In this document: piece after piece, positions 26,726 through 40,962 of the stretch
Layout of the letters: each line of letters opens with the position of its first letter
How positions within the stretch are numbered: position 1 is the stretch's first letter
Assembly (NCBI GenBank): GCA_964016885.1
Contig: OZ024766.1
Coordinates: 11,594,001 to 11,658,000, forward strand
Source of the DNA: Eledone cirrhosa
Lineage: Eukaryota
Direction: 5' to 3'
Length of the DNA stretch: 64,000 nucleotides
The notes under the pieces: generated by a model
Database searches by the model: none
What the model was told of the DNA's origin: nothing
Seen by the model: the letters and a program-made list of their open reading frames with translations, nothing else
Made by a program: the position numbers and the translations under genes

Positions 26726-27476
26726 TAGTAGTAGTGGTGGTGGTGTAGTGGTGGTGGTGGTGGTGGTGGTGGTAGTGGTAGTAGTGGTGGTGGTGGTGGT
26801 GGTGGTAGTAGTGGTGGTGGTGGTGGTGGTGGTGGTTGTAGTGGTGGTGGTGGTGGTGGTAGTTGTTTTTGTTGTGGTGGGGTGGTAGTGGTGGTGGTGG
26901 TGGTGGTGGTGGTGGTGGTTGTAGTGGTGGTGGTGGTAGATGTTTTTGTTGTGGTAGTGGTGGTGGTGGTGGTAGTGGTGGGGTGGGGGTGGTGGTGGTG
27001 GTGGTAGGGTAGTAGTTGTTTTTGTTGTGGTAGTGGTGGTGGTAGTGTTGGTGGTAGTGGTGGTGGTAGTGGTGGTGGTGGTGGTGGTGGCTGTATTAGT
27101 AGTAGTAGTAGTAGTAGTTGTAGTGGTGGTGATAGTAATAGTTGTAGTGGTGGGTGGTGTTGTAGTGGTGGTGGTGGTGGTGGCTGTATTAGTAGTAGTA
27201 GTAGTTGTAGTGGTGGTGGTGGTGGTGGTGGTGGCTGTATTAGTAGTAGTAGTAGTAGTAGTGGTGGTGATAGTAATAGTTGTAGTGGTGGTGGTGGTGG
27301 TGGTGGTGGCTGTATTAGTAGTAGTAGTAGTAGTAGTAGTTGTAGTGGTGGTGGTAGTAATAGTTGTAGTGGTGGTGGTGGTGGTGGCTGTATTAGTAGT
27401 AGTAGTAGTAGTAGTAGTTGTAGTGGTGGTGGTAGTAATAGTTGTAGTGGTGGTGGTGGTTGTATTAGTAGTAGTC

Positions 27477-27515
<39 letters not shown>

Positions 27516-27610
27516 ATAGTTGTAGTGGTGGTGTTGTAGTGGTGGTGGTGGTTGTATTAGTAGTAGTAGTCGTAGTAGTAGTAGTAGTAGTGGTGGTGGT
27601 GGTGGTAGTA
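26726..27610. repeat. GGT/AGT trinucleotide low-complexity tract
   Basis: Direct periodicity. Confidence 0.9.
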
Positions 27611-27696
27611 AAGAACCATATATCATGTATAAGAAACCCAGTATATTGTCTATATACCAAATATATTCCATAGAATAGCTGTTATTATATATAGTA

Positions 27697-27888
27697 TGGT
27701 GGATTGGCAGTATCGGCAGAGGGTCGGACGCCATGCTTTGCAGCATAGAGTTACGTCCCTTTACGATATGAGTTCAAATCCCGCCGAGGTTAACTTTGCC
27801 TTTCATCCTTACGGGGGTCGATAAAATAAAGTACCAGTAATGTACTAGGGTAATTGCTGGCCTTGTGCCTAAAGTAGAAACATTTATT
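27697..27888 (+). mobile_element. Family 2 SINE, unamplified
   Basis: A and B boxes, core, single tail unit. Confidence 0.85.
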
Positions 27889-27892
27889 GTGT

Positions 27893-27947
<55 letters not shown>

Positions 27948-28023
27948 ACATACATACAAACACACACAAACACACGCACGCGCACACACACACGCACACA
28001 CACACGCACACACACACACACAC

Positions 28024-28055
<32 letters not shown>

Positions 28056-28067
28056 TTATATATATAT

Positions 28068-28263
28068 ATAACGAAGGAAGTGTGTTAAGGAACCAGATGG
28101 ACCATAACGCACCAGAGTACTCAATACTTAGGGTTGTAGAGTGGGTAATAGGAAAAAGTATGACCCCGACGGTAGAGCTCAAGCCGTTTCGACGGCTATT
28201 TCTGGAGTCCAGAAATAGCCGTTGAAACGGCTTGAGCTCTGCCGTCGGGGTCATACTTTTTCC

Positions 28264-28264
<1 letters not shown>
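28068..28264. mobile_element. Family B palindromic element
   Basis: Inverted arms centred near 28206 (ctggagtccag). Confidence 0.75.
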
Positions 28265-28296
<32 letters not shown>

Positions 28297-28347
28297 ATGT
28301 GTATATATACATATATATATATATGTATGTCTATATTTATATATTAT

Positions 28348-29375
28348 GAGGTTAACTTTGCCTTTCACCCTTACGGGGTCGATAAAATAAAGTACCAGTA
28401 ATACACTGGGGTAATTGCTGGCCTTGTGCCAAAAGTAGAAACAATTATTACAGGGTCGATAAAATAAAGTACCAGTAATACACTGGGGTAATTGCTGGCC
28501 TTGTGCCTAAAGTAGAAACAATTATTACAGGGTTGATAAAATAAAGTACCAGTAATACACTGGGGTAATTGCTGGCCTTGTGCCAAAAGTAGAAACATTT
28601 ATTACAGGGTTGATAAAATAAAGTACCAGTAATACACTGGGGTAATTGCTGGCCTTGTGCCAAAAGTAGAAACATTTATTACAGGGTTGATAAAATAAAG
28701 TACCAGTAATACACTGGGGTAATTGCTGGCCTTGTGCCAAAAGTAGAAACATTTATTACAGGGTTGATAAAATAAAGTACCAGTAATACACTGGGGTAAT
28801 TGCTGGCCTTGTGCCAAAAGTAGAAACATTTATTACAGGGTTGATAAAATAAAGTACCAGTAATACACTGGGGTAATTGCTGGCCTTGTGCCAAAAGTAG
28901 AAACATTTATTACAGGGTTGATAAAATAAAGTACCAGTAATACACTGGGGTAATTGCTGGCCTTGTGCCTAAAGTAGAAACAATTATTACATGGTCGATA
29001 AAATAAAGTACCAGTAATACACTGGAGTAATTGCTGGCCTTGTGCCAAAAGTAGAAACAATTATTACAGGGTTGATAAAATAAAGTACCAGTAATACACT
29101 GGGGTAATTGCTGGCCTTGTGCCAAAAGTAGAAACAATTATTACAGGGTTGATAAAATAAAGTACCAGTAATACACTGGGGTAATTGCTGGCCTTGTGCC
29201 TAAAGTAGAAACAATTATTTACATGGTCGATAAAATAAAGTACCAGTAATACACTGGGGTAATTGCTGGCCTTGTGCCAAAAGTAGAAACATTTATTACA
29301 GGGTTGATAAAATAAAGTACCAGTAATACACTGGGGTAATTGCTGGCCTTGTGCCTAAAGTAGTAACAATTATTG
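28348..29375 (+). repeat. 77-bp array from the family 2 SINE 3' end, about 13 copies
   Basis: Same unit as 9985-10605. Confidence 0.9.
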
Positions 29376-29389
29376 TTACTATAAATATG

Positions 29390-29530
29390 ATGGTGGATTG
29401 GCAGTATCGGCGGCACAGAGTTACTGCCCTTTACGTTCTGAGTTCAAATCCCGCCGACGTTAACTTTACCTTTCATCCTTACGGGGTCGATAAGATAAAG
29501 TACCAGTAATACCCTGGGGTCGATTTAATC
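29390..29530 (+). mobile_element. Partial family 2 SINE
   Basis: B box and core present. Confidence 0.7.
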
Positions 29531-30344
29531 ATTATTGTTACTGTAAATAAAATGTATACAAATGAAGGACGCAGGATTCCATGTATCTCTAACACACACA
29601 CACACACTTACATACACACACACACTCATTAATACACACATACATACACAGACACACACACATACACACACTCATACCCACACATACTCATACAAACACA
29701 CACACACACTCATACACATACACACACTCATACACATACACACACTCATACACATACACACACTCACACTCATACACACACACACACACACACATACATA
29801 CATACACCCGCACACTCATTAATACACGCACACACTCATACACACACACTCACACACACACACACACACGCAGACACACACATACAAACACACACACACT
29901 CATACACACACACACACACACACACATACATACACAAACACATACATACATACACACACACACTCATTAATGCACTCATTAATGCACACATACATACATA
30001 CACATACACTCATACACACACACACACACACTCATACACACGCACACAGAGACTGAGTAGTCTCCATGTTCTCCAATTATCCCCACCCCCCCAAGATTCA
30101 GACCTCACCATACACCAGAAAACACCTGTCAACATAACATAACAGATGTTATTTAAATTTACCAAAAAAAAAAAAGCCATTAAAGCATTGTTCTTCTTCT
30201 TAGTATGTATGTTGTTGTTGTTGTTGGTGTTGGTGTTGGTGTTGTTGTTGATGTTTACTTTTTAGGCGCCATAACATGTGTATATATGTGTATATATATA
30301 TATATGTATGTTTCTATATATGTATATATGTTTCTATATATGTA

Positions 30345-30391
<47 letters not shown>

Positions 30392-30559
30392 GTATATATA
30401 TGTATATGTTTCTATATATGTACATGTTTTTATATACATATATATATATATATGTATATATATGTATATGTTTCTCTATGTATATATATATATATGTATA
30501 TATATGTATGTTTCTATACATATATATACATATATATATATATGTATATATATGTATGT

Positions 30560-30605
<46 letters not shown>

Positions 30606-30710
30606 GTTTATATATATGTATATGTTTATATATATGTATATATGTATATGTTTATATATATGTATATATGTATATGTTTATATATATATGTATATATATG
30701 TATATGTTTC

Positions 30711-30743
<33 letters not shown>

Positions 30744-30749
30744 GTATAT

Positions 30750-30851
<102 letters not shown>

Positions 30852-30954
30852 GTATATGTTTATATATATATATATATGTATATATATGTATATGTTTATA
30901 TATATATATATATGTATGTTTATATATATATGTATATGTTTCTATATATATATA

Positions 30955-31372
30955 CGCAGTAATACAGAAGACCCGCCTTGCCTATGTACAAAGCGAAACC
31001 TACAGCCAGTAGGCACCCCTTAACCAAATATACACCCCCATCCACTACCCCTACCCTATCCTCCCACTCCCACCAACACCACCCTCTCTCTGTAAAGTTG
31101 GTACCACAACATCCAGTCCAAATAAATGAGATCGAGATCGTGTAGGTGTCACGAGAAAAACACACAGTCCACGCTGTAATGTGGCCGTGTAGGTAACACA
31201 GTAAAAACCTCCCAGTCCCACACTGTAAATGGGGTTGGTGTTAGGAAGGGCATCCAGCCGTAGAAAACCTGCCAGATAGTCCTATACGAGCGAGACCAGC
31301 CTTGCCTCAAGTGGGACAACTCCCGTCTAACCCATGCTAGCGTGGAAGATGGATGTTAAACGATGATGATGA
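30955..31372 (+). mobile_element. RTE 3' end and UTR
   Basis: AVIQKTRL C-terminal residues, UTR, (GAT)n tail. Confidence 0.8.
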
Positions 31373-31538
31373 TATATGTATGTTTGTATATATATATGTA
31401 TGTTTCTCTCTCTCTCTCTATATATATATATATGTATGTTTGTATATATATATATATGTTTGTATATATATATATATGTATATATATATATGTATGTTTG
31501 TGTATATATATATGTATATATATATATGTATGTTTGTG

Positions 31539-31571
<33 letters not shown>

Positions 31572-31750
31572 ATATATATATATATGTATGTTTGTATATA
31601 TATATATATATATATGTTTGTATATATATATATATATATATATGTATGTTTGTATATATCTATATATATATGTGTTTGTATATATGTATGTGTGTATGCA
31701 TATATATATATATATATATGTATGTTTGTATATATATATATATATGTGTG

Positions 31751-31786
<36 letters not shown>

Positions 31787-31907
31787 TAACAGATTAAAGT
31801 TTAAGCAAAGAATCGCTGCTTTCACCCTTAACAGGATTATTCTATATATACTATTGTATTTTCACAGTAAAGGCTTTACCTCACATAATATCTCACATAA
31901 CATTTAC

Positions 31908-32811
31908 TTTCCTGAGACATTCTAACCACATGTCTGTAGTATCAGAGCTGTGATCTCTCAATTCAGAGATTCTTTCCTGTGACATTCTAACCACATGTCA
32001 TAGTATCAGAGCTGTCATCTCTCAATTCAGAGATTCTTTCCTGTGACATTCTAACCACATGTCATAATATCAGAGCTGTGATCTCTCAACTCAGAGATTC
32101 TTTCCTGAGACATTCTAACCACATGTCCATAGTATCAGAGCTGTGATCTCTCAGTTCAGAGATTCTTTCCTGAAACATTCTAACCACATGTCCATAGTAT
32201 CAGAGCTGTGATCTCTCAATTCAGAGATTCTTTGCTGAGACATTCTAACCACATGTCCATAGTATCAGAGCTGTGATCTCTCAATTCAGAGATTCTTTCC
32301 TGAGACATTCTAACCCCAAGTCCATAGTATCAGAGCTGTCATCTCTCAATTCAGTGATTCTTTCCTGAGACATTCTAACCACATGTCTGTAGTATCAGAG
32401 CTGTGATCTCTCAATTCAGTGATTCTTTCCTGAGACATTCTAACCACATGTCCATAGTATCAGAGCTGTGATCTCTCAATTCAGTGATTCTTTCCTGAGA
32501 CATTCTACCCACATGTCCTTAGTATCAGAGCTGTCATCTCTCAATTCAGTGATTCTTTCCTTAGACATTCTAACCACATGTCTGTAGTATCAGAGCTGTG
32601 ATCTCTCAATTCAGAGATTCTTTCCTGAGACATTCTAACCCCATGTCTGTAGTATCAGAGCTGTGATCTCTCAATTCAGAGATTCTTTCCTGAGACATTC
32701 TAACCACATGTCTGTAGTATCAGAGCTGTGATCTCTCAATTCAGAGATTCTTTCTTGAGACATTCTAACCCCATGTCCATAGTATCAGAGCTGTGATCTC
32801 TTAATTCAGAG
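31908..32811. repeat. 65-bp tandem array (about 14 copies) derived from RTE coding sequence
   Basis: Minus-strand unit reads IERSQL*YYGHVVRMSQERI and is contiguous with the RTE remnant at 32812-32990. Confidence 0.85.
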
Positions 32812-32990
32812 AAGTAGTGGCTCTACCTACAATGACTCCTTGATCTCCAAGCTATGCACTTTATCGAGTAACATTACACCAAAGCCCCTTCGGAGGAACC
32901 CTATTTCGGCCACTTATATTTATGACCATATTCTTTCAGTCATTACCCAAAATTCTTGTCTAGGTAAAGGTTGGCACAAATACTAAAGTG
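32812..32990 (-). pseudogene. Degenerate RTE (Expander-like) post-RT fragment
   Basis: WVMTERI...AEIGFLRR...DKVHSLEIKESL*VEPLLL. Confidence 0.7.
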
Positions 32991-33055
32991 AGCACTCGTT
33001 GCGTACTCTCCTGTATGTGTTGTATGTGTTGGTGTTGTACTAAGCAAAGTGTAAC

Positions 33056-33393
33056 ATCATTCATCATTTCATTTTACATCCGCTTCTCCCTGCTTGCAAG
33101 GGTGGGACGGGAACTGATTCTGGCTTGATTTCTACAGCTGGATGCCCTTCCTAACACCAACCTCATTTACAGTGGGTGCTGGGTGCTTTTTTCCATGGCA
33201 CCACCACGACCACCTTACAGTGGAATGATAGGGACCCCAGTCCCTATCATCTCATTTCTACAGCTGAGTAAACTGGAGCAATGTGAAATAAGGTGTCTTG
33301 CTCAAGGAAACAACACATCACCCGGTCTGAGAATTGAACTCACAACCTTTCGATTGCAAGGCCAATGCTCTAACCACTAAGCCATGTGCCTCC
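33056..33393 (-). mobile_element. Family 1 SINE
   Basis: Near-identical to other copies. Confidence 0.85.
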
Positions 33394-33454
33394 ATATATA
33401 TATACATATATATATATATACATATATATACATATATATATATACATATATATA

Positions 33455-34037
33455 TCATCATCATCGTTTAACGTCCGTGTTCCACGCTTGCATGGGTTTG
33501 GACGGGAGTTTTCCCACTTGAGGCAAGAGTGGTTGTCATTGCTCGCATAGGACTGTCTGGCGGGTTTTCTACAGCTGGATGCCCTTCCTAACACCAACCA
33601 CATTTACAGTGTGGGGCTGGGAGGTTTTTACCGTGTTGCCACATTACAGCGTGGACTGTGTGTTTTTTTGTCGTGACACCTACACGACCTCATTTGTTTC
33701 GGCCTGGATGTTGTGGTACCAACATAACTTTACATTGAAAGGGGCGTTGTGGATGGGGTGGTGGGACGGGGGTGTATTTTGTTAGAGATCCCTACTGACT
33801 GTAGTAGGTTTTACTTTGTATTTAGGTAAGGCGGGTCTTCTCTATTACTGAGTACCGCCAAAGATCTCGGTCCAGTGACATTGTCTTGGAGAGGTGTAAG
33901 TGTGTGAGGTCGGAATTTATCAAGTCGTCCCATGTTTTTCTGGGTCTGCCTACTCCGTGGCTACCGTCTATCTTTATTGCCCTGCACTTTGTTATACAGC
34001 TGTCGTCTTTCATGCGCATCACGTGACCATACCAACG
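33455..34037 (-). mobile_element. RTE 3' fragment (ORF C-terminus 33822-34037 plus UTR)
   Basis: RWYGHVMRM...GRPRKTWDDLINSDL...DRDLWRYSV. Confidence 0.85.
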
Positions 34038-34080
<43 letters not shown>

Positions 34081-34275
34081 GAATTGTGTTGCATCGTGCA
34101 TTGTATACACCAGATGTGTGTCAGTATGTCATTGCGTGTGTGTGTGTGTGTGTGTGTGTAGCTTTGTAAGTGTGTCAGTATATATATCTGCCTGTCTATG
34201 TCAGTGTGTGTGTGTGTGTGTGTGTAGCTTTGTGTGTCAGTATATATATATCTGCCTGTCTATGTCAGTGTGTGT

Positions 34276-34313
<38 letters not shown>

Positions 34314-34356
34314 CTTTGTAAGTGTGTCAGTATATATATCTGCCTGTCTATGTCTG

Positions 34357-34399
<43 letters not shown>

Positions 34400-34502
34400 C
34401 TTTGTAAGTGTGTCAGTATATATATCTGCCTGTCTATGTCAGTGTGTGTGTGTGTGTGTGTAGCTTTGTAAGTGTGTGTATATATATCTGCCTGTCTATG
34501 TC

Positions 34503-34537
<35 letters not shown>

Positions 34538-34697
34538 CTTTGTAAGTGTGTCAGTATATATATCTGCCTGTGTGTGTGTGTGGGTCAGTATGTCAGTCAG
34601 TATGTGTGTCATCGTGTCATCGTGTACCTGTGTATATATATATGTATGTCAGCGTGTGTGTGTGTACCCATGTATGTGTCTCTGTGTGTATATGTAC

Positions 34698-34747
<50 letters not shown>

Positions 34748-35024
34748 ATATATATGTACCTGTATGTATATATATATATATATGTGTGTATATATGTACC
34801 TGTATGTATATGTATATATATATGTATGTGTGTATATATGTACCTGTATGTATATGTATATATATATGTATGTGTGTATATATGTACCTGTATGTATATG
34901 TATATATATATATATGTATGTGTGTATATATGTACCTGTATGTATATGTATATATATATATGTATGTGTGTATATATGTACCTGTATGTATATATATAAA
35001 TATGTGTGTGTGTATGTGTATATA

Positions 35025-35058
<34 letters not shown>

Positions 35059-35371
35059 GCCATGTGTATATGTGTGTGTTTATAGACACATCGTTAATAA
35101 ACTTCACCATCCATGACTAATTTAATTAATTAATGAATAATTTTAAGAGATTTACTAAAATTATTAATTATTTCATTACTAAGATAGTAACTTAATGTAG
35201 GGTCCTTATATAAAATTATGTTGGAAGATTTTAATTTAAATTACAACACTGTATTTCAATTAATTAATGAAGAATTTTGAGAGATTTATTAGAATTATTA
35301 ATTATTTTATTAAAAGATAGTAACTTAAAGTAGGCTTCTTATATAAAATTATGTTGGGAATTTTAATTTAA

Positions 35372-36190
35372 CCCTTTAGCATTTACACTGGCTGTATCTG
35401 GCCAGAATTCTCTCACCTCTTTCTGTTCAAACTGGGTGTGACCAGCCGCTCATACTGATGTTAAGGTATTGTTCTCAAAATAAATAAATCTGAAAATCTC
35501 ATAGATTCGATATTATGTGAGATTTTTATGTGAGATAATTATGTGAGGTAAAGCCTTTACTGTGAAAATACAATAGTATATATAGAGTAATGTAAATGTT
35601 ATGTGAGGTATTATGTGAGGTAAAGCCTTTACTGTGAAAATACAATAGTATATATAGAGTAATGTAAATGTTATGTGAGATATTATGTAAGGTAAAGCCT
35701 TTACTGTGAAAATACAATAGTATATATAGAGTAATGTAAATGTTATGTGAGATATTATGTAAGGTAAAGCCTTTACTGTGAAAATACAATAGTATATATA
35801 GAGTAATGTAAATGTTATGTGAGATATGATGTGAGGTAAAGCCTTTACTGTGAAAATACAATAGTATATATAGAGTAATGTAAATGTTATGTGAGATATG
35901 ATGTGAGGTAAAGCCTTTACTGTGAAAATACAATAGTATATATAGAGTAATGTAAATGTTATGTGAGATATGATGTGAGGTAAAGCCTTTACTGTGAAAA
36001 TACAATAGTATATATAGAGTAATGTAAATGTTATGTGAGGTATTATGTGAGGTAAAGCCTTTACTGTGAAAATACAATAGTATATATAGAGTAATGTAAA
36101 TGTTATGTGAGGTATTATGTGAGGTAAAGCCTTTACTGTGAAAATACAATAGTATATATAGAGTAATGTAAATGTTATGTGAGATTTTGA
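35372..36190. mobile_element. Partial piggyBac-like MITE with 72-bp internal array (35525-36185)
   Basis: TTAA-CCCTTTAGCATTT start; same body as 54976; 72-bp period. Confidence 0.65.
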
Positions 36191-36699
36191 TGAAGGTTTT
36201 TAGATAAATATAAACACTTTAAAATGGTGTTTGGAACATAACTTAACAAAGGTTCTTGCATGAAAATCTGATGGAAGGTTTTTAGATAAATATCGACACT
36301 TTAAAACAAACAATTTTGTATCATAGAACCAGGGCTGTTTGGAACATAACTTAACATAGGTTCTTACATAAAATTATGATGGAATGTTTTGTAGTGCTGT
36401 TGATGATGGCGGTGGTGTTGATGTTGGTAGTGATGGTTATAGTAGTGGTGGTGGTGTTGATAATGATGATGCTGGTGGTGGTGGTGATAGTTTTATCGAT
36501 GATGATGATGATGATATAGTATTTTGTGTGTGTTGGGGGGTGGGTGGGGGTGAAGAATCGAGTGAGTTTCATTGATCCAGTACTTGACTGCTACTTTATA
36601 TTATCGACCCTGGGAAGGATGGTGGTGGTGGTGGTGTTGATAGTGGTAGTGCTGGTACTGTTGATGGTTAGCACCACTGCCAACACAGAACAATGCCAT

Positions 36700-37775
36700 C
36701 CAATCACCACCACCACCAAACTACAAACATCACCATTACCATTACCACCACCACCACCACCATCACCATTCCCACCACTAAACTACAACCACCACCACCA
36801 CCACCAAACTACAACCACCACCACTAAACTACAACCACCACCACCACCACCACTAAACTACAACCACCACCACCACCACCATCACCACCAAACTACAACC
36901 ACCACCACCACCACCACCGAACTATAACCACCACCAATAAAATACAACCACCACCATCATCAACAATGACAATACCAGCACCACCACAATCAAACTGCAC
37001 TGACAGCACCACCACCACCACCAAACTGCACCACCACCACCACCACCACCACCACAATCAAACTGCACACCACCACCACAATCAAACTGCACACCACCAC
37101 CACCACCACCACAATCAAACTGCACACCACCACCACCACCACCACAATCAAACTGCACACCACCACCACCACCACCACAATCAAACTGCACACCACCACC
37201 ACAATCAAACTGCACACCACCACCACCACCACCACAATCAAACTGCACACCACCACCACCACCACCACAATCAAACTGCACCACCACCACCACAATCAAA
37301 CTGCACACCACCACCACCACCACCACAATCAAACTGCACCACCACCACCACAATCAAACTGCTGCACCACCACCACCACCACAATCAAACTGCACCGACA
37401 ACAACACCACCACCACCACCACAATCAAACTGCACACCACCACCACCACAATCAAACTGCACCACCACCACCACAATCAAACTGCTGCACCACCACCACC
37501 ACCACAATCAAACTGCACCGACAACAACACCACCACCACCACCACAATCAAACTGCACACCACCACCACAATCAAACTGCACACCACCACCACCACCACC
37601 ACAATCAAACTGCACCACCACCACCACAATCAAACTGCTGCACCACCACCACCACCACAATCAAACTGCACCGACAACAACACCACCACCACCACCACAA
37701 TCAAACTGCACCACCACCACCACAATCAAATTACACACCACCACCACCACCACAATCAAACTGCACCACCACCAA
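36700..37775. repeat. CAC-rich compound repeat with caatcaaactgca motif
   Basis: Direct periodicity. Confidence 0.85.
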
Positions 37776-37944
37776 ACAGCACCAGCAGCACTGTCAGCAG
37801 TAGTTTCCTCTATCTTAGCTTCTCTCCACATATATCCAGACTCCCCGCCCTCCCCCCCAACACTCACCACATCTTTACATCTGTTGACTAGATGGAGTTA
37901 AAAGTACATCTGGTGGGATACACACAGATGGAGTTTGTTCTTTA

Positions 37945-38140
37945 TCGGTGGAGGGTCGGACGGCATGCAAGCGTTTGCAGCATGGAGTTATGGCCCCTTA
38001 CGACCTGAGTTCAAATACAGCGAAGGTTAACTTTGCCTTTGCTTTTCATCCTTACGGGGGTCAATAAGATATAGTACCAGTAATACACTGGGGCGATTGC
38101 TGGCCTTGCATTGTGCCAAAAAGTAGAAATAATTATTATT
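37945..38140 (+). mobile_element. Degenerate family 2 SINE
   Basis: gagttcaaat B box, core, tail. Confidence 0.7.
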
Positions 38141-38147
38141 GTTATTC

Positions 38148-39459
38148 GTGGTGTTGATGGTGGTGGTGATGGTGGTGGTGGTGGTGGTGGTGGTGGTGTT
38201 GATGGTGGTGGTGGTGGTGGTGGTGTTGGTGGTGGTGGTGGTGGTGGTGTTGATGGTGGTGGTGGTGGTGGTGGAGATGGTGGTGGTGGTGGTGGTGGTG
38301 GAGATGGTGGTGGTGATGATGTTGATGGTGGTGGTGGTGGTGGTGTTGGTGGTGGTGGTGGTGGTGGAGATGGTGGTGATGTTGGTGGTGGTGGTGGAGA
38401 TGGTGGTGATGTTGGTGGTGGAGATGGTGGTGATGGTGGAGATGGTGGTGGTGATGATGTTGATGGTGGTGGTGGTGGTGGTGTTGATGGTGGTGGTGGT
38501 GGTGGTGGTGGAGATGGTGATGTTGGTGGTGATGGTGGTGGTGGTGGAGATGGTGGTGATGTTGGTGTTGATGGTGGTGGTGGTGGTGGTGGAGATAGTG
38601 GTGATGTTGGTGGTGGTGTTGATGGTGGTGGTGGTGGTGGTGGAGATGGTGGTGATGTTGGTGGTGGTGTTGATGGTGGTGGTGGTGGTGGTGGAGATGG
38701 TGATGTTGATGGTGGTGGTGGTGGTGGTGGTGGAGATGGTGGTGGAGATGGTGATGTTGATGGTGGTGTTGATGTTGGTGATGGTGGTGGTGGTGGTGGT
38801 GTTGATGATGGTGGTGGTGGAGATGGTGATGTTGATGGTGATGATGTTGGTGGTGGTGGTGGTGGAGATGGTGATGTTGATGGTGGTGTTGATGTTGGTG
38901 ATGTTGGTGGTGGTGGTGTTGATGATGGTGGTGGTGGTGGTGGAGATGGTGATGTTGATGGTGGTGATGTTGATGGTGTTGATGATGGTGGTGGTGGTGG
39001 TGGAGATGGTGATGTTGATGGTGATGATGTTGGTGGTGTTGATGATGGTGGTGGTGGCGGCGGACATGATGTTGGTGATTGTGATGATGGTGGTGGTGGT
39101 GTTAGAGGTGGTGATGATGATGATGGTAATTTCTCGATGATTACCGACAGTTAAATCAACCCCAGCGCATTACTGGTACTTTATTTTATCGACCCCCGTA
39201 AGGATGAAAGGGCCGTAACTCTATGCTGCAAAGCATGTCAGGTGCTCCACCGCTACTGTTGCAAATCTACCAATAATTATGTTTATACTACTACTACTAC
39301 TGCTACTGCTGCTGCTACTGCTACTACTACTACTACTACTGCTGCTACTACTACTACTACTGCTGCTACTGCTGCTGCTGCTACTACTACTACTACTGCT
39401 GCTGCTGCTACTACTACTGCTAACACTACTACTGTTACCTCCACTATTACTATTACCTC

Positions 39460-39495
<36 letters not shown>

Positions 39496-39752
39496 CACAA
39501 CAAACACTACTACCACCACCACCACTACTACTACTACACCCACCACCACCACCACTCCCACCACCACCACAACACCCACCACCACCACCACCACTACCAC
39601 CACTACCACAACACCCACCACCACCACCACCACTACCACCACTACCACAACACCCACCACCACTCCCACCATCACTCCCACTACCACCACCACTACCACC
39701 ACCACCACTCCCACCACCACTCCCACTACCAACACCACCACCACCACTACTA
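38148..39752. repeat. GGT/GAT tract and ACT/ACC tract separated by a family 2 SINE remnant (39135-39265, minus)
   Basis: Direct periodicity; remnant tactggtactttattttatcgacccc. Confidence 0.8.
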
Positions 39753-39867
39753 TAGTAAGCTACCTACCTGCTTTTCTCCCCTCTCCCCCTCCCATCTCTA
39801 ATACTCTCCAACTCATTCAAAAATTAATTTTTGCTTGGCTGAAGACATCTTTTAAATCACACACACG

Positions 39868-39909
<42 letters not shown>

Positions 39910-40092
39910 TATATACACACACACACACATATATATATATATACACACATACACATACATATATATATATATATACACACACATATATATACACACACAC
40001 ATATATATATATACACACATACACATATATATATATATATATACACACACATATATATATACACACACACACACATATATATATACACACAT

Positions 40093-40151
<59 letters not shown>

Positions 40152-40399
40152 CATATATATACACACACACACACATATATATATAAACACATACAGGCAC
40201 ACATATACACACATATATATATGCACACATACAGACACACACATACACACATATATATATATTCACACACACACATCTATATAGCACCACCCACTCCGCC
40301 GCCACCACCACCACCACCACCACCACCACTATACATCACCGCCACCACCATCATTACTGAGTCATAAAGCTGTCATCTTTTCATCATCATAATTATTGA

Positions 40400-40670
40400 T
40401 TTTTCTTCTTCTTCTTTGCCTTCTTCTTCTTCTTCTTCTTCTTCTTCTTCTTCTTCTTCTTCTTCTTCTTCTTCGCCTTCTTCTTCTTTTTCTTTTTCTT
40501 CTTCTTTTTCTTCTTTTTTTCTTTTTCTTTTTCTTTTTCTTCTTTTTCTTTTTCTTTTTCTTTTTTTCTTTTTTTCTTTTTTCTTTTTCTTCTTTTTCTT
40601 TTTCTTTTTTTCTTTTTTTTTCTTTTTCTTTTCTTTTTTTCTTTTTCTTCTTCTTCTTCTTTGCCTTCTC
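40400..40670. repeat. (CTT)n / (CTTTTT)n polypyrimidine tract
   Basis: Direct. Confidence 0.9.
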
Positions 40671-40799
40671 CTCCCCATCACCAGCACCATCATCATCATC
40701 ATCTATTTTGCTGTTCCCTGCATCCACCGTCATCACCCTTGCCAGGTTCTGTGATTGGAGATCAGCTCTCACCACTTGGGCTGCCCTGGTCGTCCTCTA

Positions 40800-40962
40800 C
40801 TGTAGCTTTCTTCCGCTGGGACTTCTTGGCACATCTTCACTCAAAGTCCTCAAACACTCTTTCCAGTGGGTCCCGTCAGAAGCAACTGACCTGGCTGGAT
40901 CCCCCAAGCGAGACCTGCCAAGCTCATGTATGTTATTCAACCATCTTGTTCAGGGGGTCTAA
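40800..40962 (-). pseudogene. Degenerate RTE C-terminal fragment
   Basis: TRWLNNIHELGRSRLG...ASDGTHWK resembles the RTE GRPRTRW..I..L...LG terminus. Confidence 0.55.

Noticed and set aside
37860-37915. Minus-strand coding exon ending at gtgagt
   Set aside because: Stops in all three frames from the best acceptor; no other support
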